Positions 36,773 through 50,299 are shown, counted from the first letter of the stretch. The stretch is DNA of 64,000 bases from Squalus acanthias (GCA_030390025.1 CM059432.1:115260001-115324000), one strand, 5' to 3'. Program-made: numbers and translations. Notes: generated from the letters alone by a model not told the origin.

Positions 36773-37636
36773 GGTGCTTATTGCAACAAGGCTGGCCGGA
36801 GACCAGAGCAAGCAATAGTATTAGGCAACGAAGGCCTAACCCCGTACCAGCACCGCCTGCGATACAACCCCTTACATATAGAGTCCGCTGATGGCCCTTG
36901 TAGGGTTGGAGCATTGTGCGCTGCGGCACATTACGAAGCATCTGTTTGTCCACGGCTCCCCTCTTACTATCGCGGACATTTGTCTGGGTCTTGTGTGGGG
37001 TCCACAAATGGTTGCCAGACTGTCGGGTACTCCACCTTCGCTGGCTGCCATAGCTCCACAGATCTTTCACCCAGATGGTTGCTGTGTTGAGGTTTGTGCT
37101 CCACCATGGTGCTGGAGGGGGAGGGGGATGGGGAAGCACCATCTTGCAGCTAGCAGTGACAGTGCTCTGGCCTGCAGATCGCATAGGGGAGTCACTCCCT
37201 GGTGAGTGGGTCTTAAAGCACAGACTCAGATCTGGAGGGACTATGACTGGAAATAGCACCATGGCATAGATGTCCTTAAACCGTTGCATGAGACATCAAT
37301 GGAAATAAATTTAAAAAAAGGGGAACATGAACCTCTTGGTCAGGAGGTTACTGGTGTAAATGATGCAGAAGAGAGTTCAATTATATTTTTAACAGCAGCA
37401 GACTTTTGAAGAACTCTTGGTGAGAATATGGTGTTAAGCCTTTTAAAAACAGTCTTCCAAACTTTGCATCTTATTTTATCAGTTTCTAAACTAGAAAAGC
37501 CAATGCATAAAATTTAAAGAAATGCAGCTTTGATTTTTTTCCTGAGATTCTTACAGCTGTAGTACAGTATAGTTTATTTTAGAAGTATTTACCTCCTGTT
37601 ATGTTTGACTGACCAGGGGTGGGGAGGCGAGATATG

Positions 37637-38396
37637 GGCCCGAAAATTAGACCTAATATGCGAGAGTACGCACTGTGTACTCTCGCGTATTAGGTCCCGA
37701 ATTGTCGGTTTCCTGCGTGCACTGCGCATGCGCGGGAAACCGGCACTTCGTGTATGGCGAAGGGGGCGGTTCCGAAGTGAACCGCGTGCGCACTACAGGT
37801 TGCGCGCACGCAGTGCACTTAGTTTTTTTTCAGGTTTGAACGCGCAGGTAAGTGGTGAAGATTTTACACATGAAGAAAGCAGGCGTAAGACCCCCTTTTA
37901 ACAAGGTTAGTTAATTAAGTGTTATTTTTAATTTTTTTCAACAGGTTTATCTTTTTTAGAGACTTTAAAGAAAGGTAAGTTTATTTTTATAACTTTTAAA
38001 AAGAATTTAAATTTTTTCAAAAATTTAATTTTTTGTTTAAAGTGGTTAATTTATTTAACTATAGTTATTTTATTAATGTGATGGCTTTTTTTTAAATTTA
38101 ATTGAGGTTTAGCTGTTCTTTTGGGGGCTTGCTGTATTCATAGCTTTGACAGCCCTTGCTGTCAAAACTATGAATGAAAGATGGTGTGCTGCCATTGGCT
38201 CTAACTGGCCCACGTGATCCCAGAGCTCGCACGAACTAACTGCGCCTCTGGGACACGCAAGCACTGCACGCCGGCACCAGGGAGAGGCCCTCGAACTGAA
38301 GCTCGTGTGGGCCAAAACCATAAAGGTAGGCGCGGAGTGCGATATCGCGGGGAATCCTTACCCCCGCGGCAACCATCGAACTCCAATTTCTGGGCC
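37637..38396. mobile_element. Harbinger-type MITE (nested)
   Basis: TIRs GGCCCGAAAATT / AATTTCTGGGCC; TSD ATG; GC-rich arms with an AT-rich centre. Confidence 0.85.
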
Positions 38397-39369
38397 ATGA
38401 TGTACCTCATTGGAAGCAGTTTTCACTCCAATCTGAGCTCTAGTCTGAGCTCTCCATAGTTACCAGTTATCTCAGCAGCTATTTATTGTACGGTTTCTAG
38501 CTCACCGCCGCTTTCTCCCGGCTCTACGCGCTGTCAACGGCTGCACGCATGGGGGTGCTTTGGAGCGGGCAGTAAGAGGAGCAGATTGGCATCACGCTCC
38601 TGCAAATTAAAATACTTGCCGCGAGCGCAGGCAACGGCAGCGCTGTGCTGACCTGGCGACCGCTGCGGGACCTGCCGGAAGCGGGTGGAAGTGAGGTAGC
38701 GGCCATTTTTTTCAGCAAAACGGGCCTTAATGGCCAACGCTAAACCCTCCAATTTCTCGGCCTATTTAATCTATGTGACACTGCACTGCTCTCTCAGTAT
38801 TGCATTACAGTTTATATACTCAGGTTTTGGAGTAGGGACTTGAACCAATTATGATTCAGAGGCACTAGTACTACCAACCAAGCAGATATTTAGACAGTTC
38901 TTTGCAGTTATGATTTCACATAAAATACGAAACAAACAAAATCTTGATGTCATATTTAGGGTCGCTTCACATAGCAACCAACGGAATTCTTAACACATTC
39001 TGCATTAACTCCCAATCTCAGAAGAGCACTCCTTCCAGCACCACTATGACAAGTTCACTAATAAAACTTACAACTTCACTAAAATATCCATTGTATCTAT
39101 AGTGCCAATATTGCACATGTAAGTCACATAGGCAGATTTAGGTGTCTGTTAGCCAAATTGTTAAACTTCGCTGTGCAGACATGGTACTTCATCATATTTG
39201 CATGTGGACCGTGGCAAGAACTTCTGTTTGTCTACTTTTTTTTTTGAAGTGGTAATTTTAGATTTTCACTGAGTACTTAAAGCTATTTGATTATATCATT
39301 CAATTAAACATAAAATATTTATGGCATCACAAGTACATAACCCTTTAAAAAATGTTAAGGCAGCATATT

Positions 39370-39600
39370 GCTGAGTGGCACAGATCAGAAGGCTCCGGGT
39401 GATTGCTTGTCTGTGCCAAGATAGCTGACCGCAGCCCTGTGCGGCAGCAGAGATGCTATAATTCACTTCACTGACCCGGAGTTAGAGAGAGGAAGAACGT
39501 CATCCAGGATTCTTATTCCTGATTATTATTCAGTGGCCCTTTCTGGAAAGTGAGTGTGAGTGCCCACGTCAGCGGAGTACAGTATTGGCCGTGCCAGAAT
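39370..39600 (+). mobile_element. Possible degenerate tRNA-derived SINE
   Basis: Resembles a recalled shark SINE body (tctgtgc..agctga..cctgat..cagtg.ccct..tggaaagtg); no second copy in the window. Confidence 0.35.
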
Positions 39601-39624
39601 TCACTACCAATGCTCACACATGAT

Positions 39625-39747
39625 GAAAGAAAGAGAGAGAGCGAAAGAGAGAGAGAAAGAAAGAGCAAGAGAAAAAGAGCGAGAGAAAGAAAGAGAAAAA
39701 GAGAGAAAGAGAGAGAGTGAAAGAGAGAAAGAAAGAAACAAAGAAAG
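39625..39747 (+). repeat. Purine-rich (GA)/(GAAA) simple repeat
   Basis: Read directly from the sequence. Confidence 0.9.
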
Positions 39748-39749
39748 AC

Positions 39750-39991
39750 CAGGACACAGGGAGAACTCCCTTGTTTTCTTCAAATAGTAATCCTTTATGT
39801 TCAACTGAGTGGTAGGTGGGACCTCAATTTTAAAGTCTCATCTGAAAGACAACACCTCCGACAGTGCAGCGTTCCCTCAGTACTGTAATGAAGTGTCAGA
39901 CTAGATTATGTGTTCAGGTCTCTGGAGTGCTCCTTAAACCCACAACCTCTGACTCAGATGTAAGAGTGCTACCACTGAGCCAAAGGGTGAC
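39750..39991 (-). mobile_element. SacSINE1-like 5' half
   Basis: Reverse complement of 43034-43290. Confidence 0.8.
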
Positions 39992-40666
39992 TCCTAAGCA
40001 ATATACCGGGGGTCCATGGATTTATAATCCAACATGAGACTGTGCCTCCAGGAGAGGAGCGGGGACAATTGAAGGCGAAAGCAAAATAAATTTAAATTGA
40101 AAAAAGTAGCACTAAATAGAATAGATGTCATAAAAAATTATTGGCTAGAAACTACTCTTGGTGAACATATGATATGATATTCTTCTGGCTGCACTTCTAA
40201 TGGAGGTGTTAATGTATTTAAAATAAATGAGTTAATGCCTCTGTTAAAATTGTAGACAGAAGAATGTCACATGAGCATATTAAATGCATATTGACTGTTA
40301 TTGCCAATGGTAACCTCTAGTCTTACATTTCTGAATATTAATTAGTTCAGACTATGTTAAAGGCTTAGGGAGTTAATTTCGATAGCCTCCTAAAATATGA
40401 GTGAGGATCGCAATGCGCGATTAACCCGTGCTCGTTCAGTCTATTGCAGCCAGCATGCCAACTTCGTGCTGCCTGCTCATTAGAATGATTTCTGCATGCA
40501 GCCAGCACTAACCATGCTGTTCTTTGGCTGCACGTATCAGCAGGGGGCCCAATATGGTTACTTCCTTGCACTGCTTAAAGCTAGCCTGCACCTCTTAAAG
40601 GGAAGGTGCATTGTGGCTGCTGGAGGTGCTGAGATCATTGGGAATAGTGCTGTGCAACAATCAACA

Positions 40667-40906
40667 ATGGCTGACCATGGGAGAGAGCGCGTACCATGAT
40701 ATTTGGATGCTGCACTGGAGGGCTTGGTGGAAGAGATGGAAAGGAGGAGGGATGACCTGTATCTGCAGTGGGGCAGGAAGCCCTCCAGACACGTGCACAG
40801 AAATCAGTGGCAAGAGATAGCAGAGGAGGTCAATGCCAGGACTTCAGCTCCAAGAACATGGATGTAGTGCAGGAGGAAGTTCAATGATATCACACGAGTT
40901 GTAAAG
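40667..40906 (+). pseudogene. Harbinger Myb/SANT-like exon 1 with two in-frame stops
   Basis: MADHGRERVP*YLDAALEGLVEEMERRRDDLY..QWQEIAEEVNA..RTWM*CRRKFNDITRVVK|GTCAGT. Confidence 0.85.
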
Positions 40907-40936
40907 GTCAGTGAATGCATCATCAACTACCATATC

Positions 40937-41495
40937 AGGAATGGTAGTGTAGTGGTTATGTTACAGGACTAGTAATCCAAAGGCCTGAACTAATGATCCA
41001 GAAATGTGAATTCAAATCCCACCACAACCGCTTCAGTTAATTAAATAAATCTGGAATAAAAAGCTAATATCAGTAATGGTGACCAGGAAACTATTGGATT
41101 GTTGTTAAAAACCCATCTGCTTCACTAATGTCCTTTAGGGAAGGAAATCTGCTGTCCTTACCTGGTCTGGCCTATATGTGACTCCAAACCAACAGCAATG
41201 TGGTTGACTCTTAACTACTCTGAAATGGCCTAGCAAGCCACTCAGTTGCACCAAACCACTATGAAAAATAAAAATAAAACCAGGCGGAACACCTGGCATT
41301 GACCTCAGCACTGGCTTTGGACATGACAGTGGCACACCCAGCCCAGTCGACCCTGCAAAGTCCTCCTCCTTAACATCTGGGGACTTGATCCAAAATTGGG
41401 AGAGCAACAGCCTGACATAGCCATATTCACAGAATCATACCTTTTAGCCCAAACTCCTCCATCACTATCCCATCCCTGTCCTGTCCTGTCCCACC
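40937..41495 (+). mobile_element. 5' end of a LINE with a tRNA-like head and the start of an APE endonuclease
   Basis: A-box-like TAGTGTAGTGG (40945), B-box-like AATTCAAATCC (41009); NIWGL..LGEQQPDIAIFTESYL at ~41370-41445. Confidence 0.72.
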
Positions 41496-43033
41496 TGAAC
41501 TCTACCCTTGTGCCTTTTTCCTTTCACATACCCAAGAACTGCAACCTTCCAGGCAGTGGAGGAAGAGCAAGAAGACAGTGATGATGAAAACCGTCAGTCG
41601 CAGCCACTAGCTCAGATACTGACACTGCGTGTAAATGACACTGGGCACAAGTGCACTGGAACCAGGGCAGGGGGAAAAGATAACGCAGGTGCCAGCTCCC
41701 CGGAGGGCGAGGTCGCACAGTGGTTCTGCTGCAGAGGACTCAGATGATGACTTTGATAGGCCAGGCTACTGAACTGGGCTGATGGGTGTACACAGCCAAA
41801 TGCTTGGTACACTAGGAACCCTGCCGGAAAGCCTGCCCTCAATGTTAAGGAGCATGGAGGAGTCCAGCACCAACTTGGCACAGGGCTTTGCGCAGAGCTT
41901 GGAGCCTATCCTTTCCAACAAGGAACGGGTCGCTACCTCCAGCAGCACACCTGTGGAACCAACCTTGATGCAGCATCTGATGGCCGATGTCTCAGCTTCC
42001 ATTGCAGCACAAGCAGCTTCCACCCAACGTCTGAGTGCTGCAGTGGAAACTCAGACTGCTTTCATGCAATCTCAGCTTGCTGCCATGGAAGTTCAGGATG
42101 CTGCCATCATGACTCTGGATACCAATGTGCCATGTGGCTGCCAGGGCATTACAGCATTGCTGCAATCTGTTCTCCAACAGATCTGCTCCCTAAAAGACCC
42201 TCTGCAGATATGGCCTCCTGCTGAGAGCCCTTCTCCCCCTTCCTCTTCTAGCAGCTTGTCCTGCTCCACGTGGCCTCTGTTCATTTTCCCAGTCATGCCC
42301 AATTCCAAGAGGAAGGCCTTCTGGTCCACCCATGTCTGGGAGCAACTGGTCTGTGCAGAAGCCTTTAAGTCAGCAAAAAAGTACTTCAGCCCCTGCTAGA
42401 CCGCGCCCTGTACACTACTGAAACTTTAACCAACTATAGGAAGCACCCAAAATGCGTAGAATTACAACAACAGCCGGAAGAAATAAACCAGCAACTAACC
42501 TGTAAATAGTTAATGATCCCTTTATATAGCGCAGGTGGAGGGTCCTTCATGCCGTTGAACGTGTGTTCAGCTCTGCGAGGTTAGGAGATGGTGTCGACTG
42601 GAGCATGGAGCTCCAAAATGGCAGCGCTGACATGAAATCAGCGTTGCATGCTGATTGGCATCATGATCTGCCTGCTCTGCATTCTTCTGGCGGATGTTAA
42701 GTGCGCGTGCGCTAACCTCTTTGCCAATATGGTCGCTCCTCCCAGCTCCACATTCATGTAAATTACTTACCTTCTTTGTTGCAGGCGATTCCTAGGGTTG
42801 GTTTCTCTGAGCACAGCCCACGATGGCGTTGGCTGCCTCAGGGTAAACCATTCTTGGAGAGGTGATCTCAAACAGAGGATAGGCCCATTATTTGCATATG
42901 TAAAGGACCTAAAGCCTGCTTCGGGTGTGGGTAAAAGATGCCTCTTGTTTGTCTTTACCCACAACACAGTAGCAATAAGTTGAACACAGTAGGAAGATTT
43001 TATCATCTCTGTGATAGTGACATTGTTAACCTT

Positions 43034-43503
43034 GTCAGCCAGTGGCTCAGTTGGTGGCACCCTCCCCTCTGAGTCAGAAGGTTGTGGGTTTAAGTCCCAC
43101 TCCAGCGACTTGAGCACAAAAATCCAGGCTGACACTCCAGTGCAGTACTGAGGGAGTGCTGCACTGTCAGAGGTGCCGTCTTTCGGATGAGACGTTAAAC
43201 CGAGGCCCCGTCTGCCCTCTCAGGTGGACGTAAAAGATCCCATGGCACTATTTCGAAGAAGAGCAGGGGAGTTATCCCCGGTGTCCTGGCCAATATTTAT
43301 CCCTCAATCAACGTCACTAAAAACAGATTATCTGGTCATTATCACATAGGTGTTTGTGGGAGCTTGCTGTGTGCAAATTGGCTGTCGCGTTTCCTACATT
43401 ACAACAGTGACTACACCTCAATAGTAACTTCATTGGCTGTAAATCGCTTTGAGACGTCCGGTGGTCATGAAAGGCACTATGGAAATGCAAGTCTTTCTTT
43501 CTT
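43034..43503 (+). mobile_element. SacSINE1/DeuSINE-like SINE, full length
   Basis: A box TGGCTCAGTTGG, B-box-like GGTTTAAGTCCC, Deu-like core, L2-like tail and (CTTT)n. Confidence 0.92.
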
Positions 43504-43832
43504 TAGATTTCCTCTGGTCGGTAAGTGTTATCAACATCTTAAACTCAGCAGGAGGACTTCCTCTAATCACTGTCTTAGTGGCATCATTAACATAGCAGGA
43601 AGATTTCCTTTGGTCGCTGTGTTAGCTACATCGTAAAGGTGGTGGAAAGATTTCCTCTGATTGCTATTTCTACCAAAATCGAAATGCATCATTTTGGAAC
43701 ACCTTTACTATTTTGCTAGAAACAACAAATATAGGAAAACGTCCTGCTGTGTTGACAACGTTGTTATTACATAGGGACAAAAAGAAATCTACCGCATTTC
43801 ACTCAAACAACATGATCTGGTGCTCCCAGGAG

Positions 43833-43976
43833 GGAGCAGTAGTCATAGGGAGTGCATCTCAAGAAACTGCAGAAGCGCAGGCTATGATTTTCCCATCTAT
43901 TCATTTTAACAGATGCAAAATCACAGGCTGTGCACTGGCTATTTCCCGCGAGGCGCTTCCTGCGAGCACTGCTCCT
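43833..43976. repeat. Imperfect palindrome (hairpin MITE-like core)
   Basis: GGAGCAGT..GCGCAGGCTATGATTTT / AAAATCACAGGCTGTGC..ACTGCTCC. Confidence 0.6.
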
Positions 43977-44889
43977 CACGGAGGGTGCCAGTTTGCGGAA
44001 TCATCCCTAGTAGCTATTAATGTATAGAAATTATTTTCGATCATGTTTATGTTGCTCTAGTCCAGGCTCCTGTCATGAGTGCATCATTTGCCACAATCAC
44101 AGTCGATGCTGTAAGTTGACACTCCAGAATGATGCAGTAATCTAACAACAGGGTACAGATTTTCTGTCTTGTGATTCATGATGGCATCTGAACCCCCACA
44201 ATTAGATCACTGCCTTATAATCATTTCCAGGTGCCTATTAAACACTACAAGGAAAGAATCTGTGAGCCCAGTCCCTCCAACAGACTGTGTACAATTTGTC
44301 CTGTCATGAACCCTTCCCAATTTAGTTCATGGCCTGAAGCAGGTGAATTAATATAGATAAAGTTTCCGAGAAGGTAAAGCTCTGTAAAATTGCCCCTCAA
44401 CCTCGGACAGTAATCGTGTAAGACTTCAGGACATCTAACATTACAATCTAGAGGATTCAACTCTAGCGAGCTGTATTCCACAAAGAAAGCTTTTGTCATC
44501 CCAGCAGGATGCGAACCACACCGCTTAACAGATATTTCATCACCTATGTCTATACTTATCCCTTTAAGCTTCACTCCTGTTCTTAACCAGACAGACATTC
44601 ATCCCGCTCTATTGTAAAGGACTTCATTGACACAGCATTAACTGCATTTGACAGAAGTCTATTCTACATCGATCCGACGCCTTGAGAGAAAACAAAATCT
44701 AAGGGAATCTCAATTGGTAAAGTTCACACACATTCCTGCATACACTATATTGACACATTGCCCAATTATTTTAAACAGGCTGCGCAAATATAGTGCATTC
44801 GGGAACCTAGTACAAGCACATTGATCACTTGTACGTGAACTTTGCTGTTCAGAATTTCTACCCTTTAATCGCTCATCTTTCTCGAAAAT

Positions 44890-45200
44890 TTGCTAAGTTT
44901 GTACTTGTATCCAGTAATTCTGACTGCAGTTTACATTAAATAGCCAGCTTACATCTATTTTATCCATGCCTTTAAGCATTTTAGATAACTGCATTACGGC
45001 ATCTTTATATCCAGCGAATGAAAGTTCTGTCACTCTCTCAATCTTTTCCAGTGCTGACATACTTACAATGGCTTATACAGGGTCAAAATAACCATACTGA
45101 TCAAAACACTTCAGATGCACCAATATTTGATAAGCCATGTTGAGAAAACCTTAAGATTGATTTGATACTTTCATTGTGTAGTCAGTAATCACATTCAAAT
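44890..45200 (-). mobile_element. Very old CR1 C-terminal remnant
   Basis: Minus strand AYQILVHL..ALEKIER..KMLKGMDKID..LF and TGYKYKL resemble the CR1 ORF2 end. Confidence 0.5.
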
Positions 45201-45764
45201 ATTTTTCACCTTTGTCAATATGGCAAATTCAGCAATCTGGAGCTATGCACTTGAAGGGAGCACGGGTTGGAGAGAAGGCTACAACACTGTTGCCCTGATT
45301 CTCCAACCCTTGGTCCTTTCAAGTGTGGTCCCTCGCTGCTGGGGCAACAGCCCCGAATTTATCCTAATGTTTCCTGTACCTATACCAGACTCTCAGAACT
45401 CCACAAATCACTGCCTCCCAATTCATCCTCATTCATTTATCATCTTCTGTATTTTCTTGCCACGGCAATTTTCAATTAATGAAGTTCCTAAGAATATTCA
45501 TCAGCTTAAGAATATTAGTCAGAGCCTTTGCAGTGTTTCACACATTTCCATGAAATTTCTAGAGTCTATTTCATCCAGTCCAAGTGTCTCTTAGGCCTTC
45601 AACGTGTTGCATTTCATCACAGCAGATGCTTTAATGGCATATGCGTCTGCCAGGCCAGATTGAGCAAATCCAGAATGTGTCCAGTTTTATTCATGAATTC
45701 AGTTAACACACCTGCAATTTTGGATTCCACATATTATTTGCACCCAATGTATTGCTGGGAAGGA

Positions 45765-46827
45765 CATAAGAACATAGGCCCTTCGAGCCTGCTCCGCCAT
45801 TCAATAAGATCATGGCTGATCTTCTACCTCAACTCCACTTTCCTGCCTGATCCCCATATCCCTTGATTCCCTTAGTATCCAAAGATCTATCGATCACTGT
45901 CTTGAATATACTCAATGACTGAGCATGCACAGCCCTCTGGGGTAGAGAATTCCAAAGATTTACAACCCTTTGAGTGAAGAAATTTCTCATCTCAGTCCTA
46001 AATGGCCGACCCCTTATCCTGAGACTGTAGCCACTAGTTCCAGACTCCCCAGCCAGGGGAAACATCCTCTCAGTATCTGCCCTGTCAAGCCCCTTAAGAA
46101 TTTTATATGTTTCAATAGGATCATCTGTCATTCTTCTAAACTCGAGGGAATATAGGCCTAGTCTCCTCAATCTCTCCTCATAGGACAGTCCACCCATCCC
46201 AGGAATCAGTCTGGTGAACCTTCGTTGCACTCCCTCTATGGCAAGTATATCCTTCCTTAGGTAAGGAGACCAAAACTGTACACAATACTCCAGGTGTGGT
46301 CTCATCAAGGCCCTATATAATTGCAGTAAGACTTCTTTACTCTTATACTCCAATCCCTTTATAATAAAGGCGAACATACTATTTGCTTTCCTAATTGCTT
46401 GCAGTACCTGCATGTTGACTTGTGATTCGTGTACAAGGACACTCAGGTCCCTCTGAATACCAACATTTCCCAATCTCTCACCATATAAAAAATACTCTGC
46501 TTTTCTATTTTTCCTAACAAAGTGGATAACTTCACATTTCCCCACATTATACTCCATCTGTCACATTCTTGCCCACTCACTTAACCTATCTATATCCATT
46601 TGAAGCCTCTTTGCGTCCTCCTCACTGCTTACTTTCCCAACTAGCTTTGTATCGTCAGCAAACTTGAATACTTTACACTCGATCTCCTCATCTAAGTCAT
46701 TGATATAGATTGTGAATAGCTGAGGCTCAAGCACTGATCTTTGCGGTACCCCACTAGTTACAGCCTGCCAACCCGAAAATGACCCGTTTATTCCTTCTCT
46801 GTCTTTCCTGTCCATTAACCAATCTCA
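45765..46827 (-). mobile_element. CR1 LINE 3' fragment
   Basis: ORFs 46561-46815 ([13 protein letters not shown]) and 45829-46557 (RPHLEYCVQFWSP); (CATAAGAA)n tail. Confidence 0.95.
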
Positions 46828-49800
46828 ATTGAAGGGTTGAAAGGAAATGGACAGACACAATCCTTCCAGTATCCAAACAGGCATTGATCGCTCTACACTC
46901 AATTGCGTTAGGAACCCAGAAATGTAGGCTCCACTTCCGCCAGTATGTAATGCTCACAAGCACTGTACACCTGTATCATGCAGGCGTCCTTTGCATCAGG
47001 CCAACTGAGACAGAACTAGTGGGCGGCACCAAATAGTGGCCCGTCCTGCCTCCTCTTCTGATGTCAGTTTTGGGGTGGGGGGGGTGGGGGGGCGGTAGGG
47101 CGGGGGAAAGGCAATGCACGAAATATCCTGCCCCCCATCCCCATCAAAATTTCACTAAGAGGAGAAACGCGACAGAACCGGGCCTGCACCCTCCCAACTT
47201 ACACCGCAGAAGCGTCTTTGGAACTCCAGGAATTTATTTTAAAGTCTGATACACTTGAGCAGTTGTTTTTGCCCCATTAAAATATCGAATCTAACTATGA
47301 CAAAAGCCAGTGCTTACTCAAATGGTCAACCACTTTCAGGAAACTTGTCAGTTCTGGTGGACTGCTAAGTACTCAATCTAGCACAGCATCCATCCTGATG
47401 CATGGTCCTACCTAAATTGTTTGCACTTTCATTCCTCCCTTTCTGGTTGTTCCAATCAGTCCAATTTGTCTTTAGGATATTGAAATGCACTGATTGTTAC
47501 GTTATGGTTTCCTGCAGCCTTTCTTACATGCCTAAATAGCTCACTGTTCTCCTTGACCTGGCAGAGGATAGCAGTTAACAATTATTTTGTTGTTTTTATT
47601 GTTATTAATTTCTACCCAAATTAAATCCACCATGTCATTTCCATCCTTTCTACAATTAACACATCTTTCCTTACCACTCCTGAAGCCCACCTTGCAAACT
47701 ATTCTGTATCTTATTAGCTCTATCTGTTATTCATATTTCACTTCCAGACATGTATTTGTGATGCCAATTATTTTCTGTTTAGCATCTAAACTTCTATGCT
47801 TCATTCAAATTCCTCCAGTGTGGTTTATACCAGCTAGATTTGAATGCCACTCAAATTTTGCTGTGCAGTGCACACAAACCAGCATGTGCCCATCTTCAAG
47901 GGAACGGCAAGTACTGTAGATTGGATTCAATTCAGCAGTGCAAAAGGGACTTTGGACATACTGCATGCTTAACAAAGTAATGCAGAAATAATTGACTTGT
48001 CTTGCAGCTCATACTTCAACAAGGTCTGTCGTAACTGTAATTATTCAAAACATTAAGCAATATTTTGGGCATCAGTGGAAGCCAGTTTCTTTAGCGTCAG
48101 TAATGAACTGCCGGAAAATGGTAGAAAAAACAATCAGAGAGGTTATGATCTTGCCGGTTGCCTCCTGCGTCATTTTCTAGAATTCGCTGATCACGGTACA
48201 CCATTGCGTTGAAGATGGGCACATGTTAGTTGGTGTGTACTGCAAAGCAAAATGTGAATGGGATTCAAATCTGGCTGGTATAAACAACATTGGAGGAATC
48301 GGAATCAAGCGTACAAGTTTAGATATTCAACAGATGCCTACCTTGATGGAAAATCAACGGGACACCCCAGTGCAGGGGCACTAGAAAACATGGCGCTGTG
48401 ATCTACCTTTGAACTCCCACTGACTGGCAGATCCTTGGAAGTCCCGAAGCAGGTCAAAGCTTATAGCGGAGGACCGCTTTGCATTTTTTAATCCTACCCC
48501 TAACCCTGAACATTTAAGTCCAAGCAGGACTTTCCAACTGCCGATCTCCATCGATAGCCAAATACCTCCAATCTCTGAGACTCGATACAGTAGTGAGTCC
48601 TGGAGGTCATGGGGCAGGCTCCAGGTCATGTGAATGGCTCAAGATATGACATTCTCGGCCTGGGCAGAACCAGCACACTTCCAGTGGCAGGGTAGGAGGA
48701 AGGAGCAGGAAAATCAGGTATTCTTTATATAGCCCATGGCAAGATCTGGCTTCACTCACAAGCTGTACCAGCTCTTTTTGTCTGATGATCACAATCTCCC
48801 AGCTGCATTGTGCCCGTAAATCTCACTCTTTGCCGGATTCTTTGCTTTCTCTGGCTGGAAAGCAAAAGAACGCTATGGAATCAGAGCCTTTCCAGAACTC
48901 ATGGCACCAGTGAAAGCTGTCTATTGAAAAGCTGTGCAGCTGTCGTGGCTCTTGGTGCCACCAACAGGTGGGCTGTGAAGGAAAAGTGGAAAATAAAAAG
49001 AGGGAAACAAGAAAAGAGAGAGAAAAAAGGGAAAAAAAGGTCAGAAAAGGATAAGATAATAAATAAGAGAGAGGGAAGAAAGAAGAAATAAGACAAGGAT
49101 GAAATGGTGAGACAAATGTACGATGCTATATTTATACTGCGCTGAAAGTTGCAGTATTGGCTGATTCACAGCAATGTAACTGGCGGTCATGTGTGCACTG
49201 CCAGTGTGCACTGCCAGTTCACACTATTAAGTTGGGGAGACAGATCTCGTGTATGTACTTAGATGCCTGCAAGGGGCTCTGCTCACTGGCCTCTTATTTC
49301 CACTCATTATAAATTACAGCAGACCATCAACGTTTGTTTCAACTTTTAAACCTTACATTTCTTGCAGGAATTTTTACACCAGCTGCTTTTATGCTAGAAC
49401 CAATGGAAATTCTTCCCAGTGTGAGCCCATCTCTTCCAGATGAGTTCTCACAGGTGATCAGCTGAAAACACTTCTTCTTGCTGTTACCAGGCGACACGAA
49501 TCGGCTGCTCTAATGCCAACTGTAGAACATCAGTGACTCAGAGCACTTCAAAGAGAAACAGCAAAATGCTTGAAATATCCCCATTTTAAAAAGGAATCGC
49601 ATGCAATTCCCATTTGTGACACGCAAATCAGCCAACACCCACCAATACACTTAGTCAAACTTTGGATAACAGCCAGTGCCCCAAAGCAATCTGTACCTTA
49701 CAGTCACCTGCCAGATTACCCCAGATTTAAATGAATATGAGGAGCAGTCATGGGCACCTAACCCCCCAATTTTCTAAGTCTGGCAAAAATAGAGCTGAGC

Positions 49801-50299
49801 TGGCCCAAATTGTGGAACAGAGGGGTGTTCCAGACCAATTTTCCCAATGGAACCCCCTCCCCATAATTAGAACAGGCCACAGACAGGAAAAAACTCGACA
49901 TAGAGCGAGGCCATAGCACACTGGGTCGAGGATTGGAAATCCAGCCAGCAAGCAGTTTTTAAAAGGCTGCAGCTAACTATTAAAAGGCAAGTTGTGGTGG
50001 AGACAGAAAAAGTGGAATAATTGATCACAATGTAGGTACAAGAGTTGGAGAGATACACCAAAGGGTTGGAGGTTCTGCTGCAAGAGATATGCCAAAGGCA
50101 GGTGACTGTAAGGTACAGATTGCTTTGGGTCATTTAAATGCCATGAACTTTTGCCTCTTTGGCTAATGGAAAACCCAGCTTGTAAGTTAACCACAGACTT
50201 TTGTCTACTGCTAAGAAAACAGAAAACAAAGAGAAAAAGGTCACCACTCTGGAAACTGCGATAAACATGTGGAATAATTGATCACGGTGACACAGCGAG

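Larger units (their letters stand above)
34957..38762. mobile_element. Harbinger-type deletion derivative hosting two nested insertions
   Basis: TIRs GGCCTAGAAATT / AATTTCTCGGCC; TAT on both sides; GC-rich subterminal arms. Confidence 0.7.
40368..42735 (+). mobile_element. Decayed Harbinger element (second subfamily)
   Basis: Myb exon at 40667-40906; coiled-coil-like last exon ~41780-42190 homologous to 63271-63660; ends approximate. Confidence 0.75.

Noticed and set aside
39560..39804. Glu/Arg/Lys-rich ORF
   Set aside because: Purine simple repeat
43040..43110. tRNA gene
   Set aside because: tRNA-like A/B boxes are SINE heads continuing into SINE bodies; no acceptor stem or terminator seen
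45230..45760. Possible gag-like or viral remnant
   Set aside because: All frames are broken and no motif could be named
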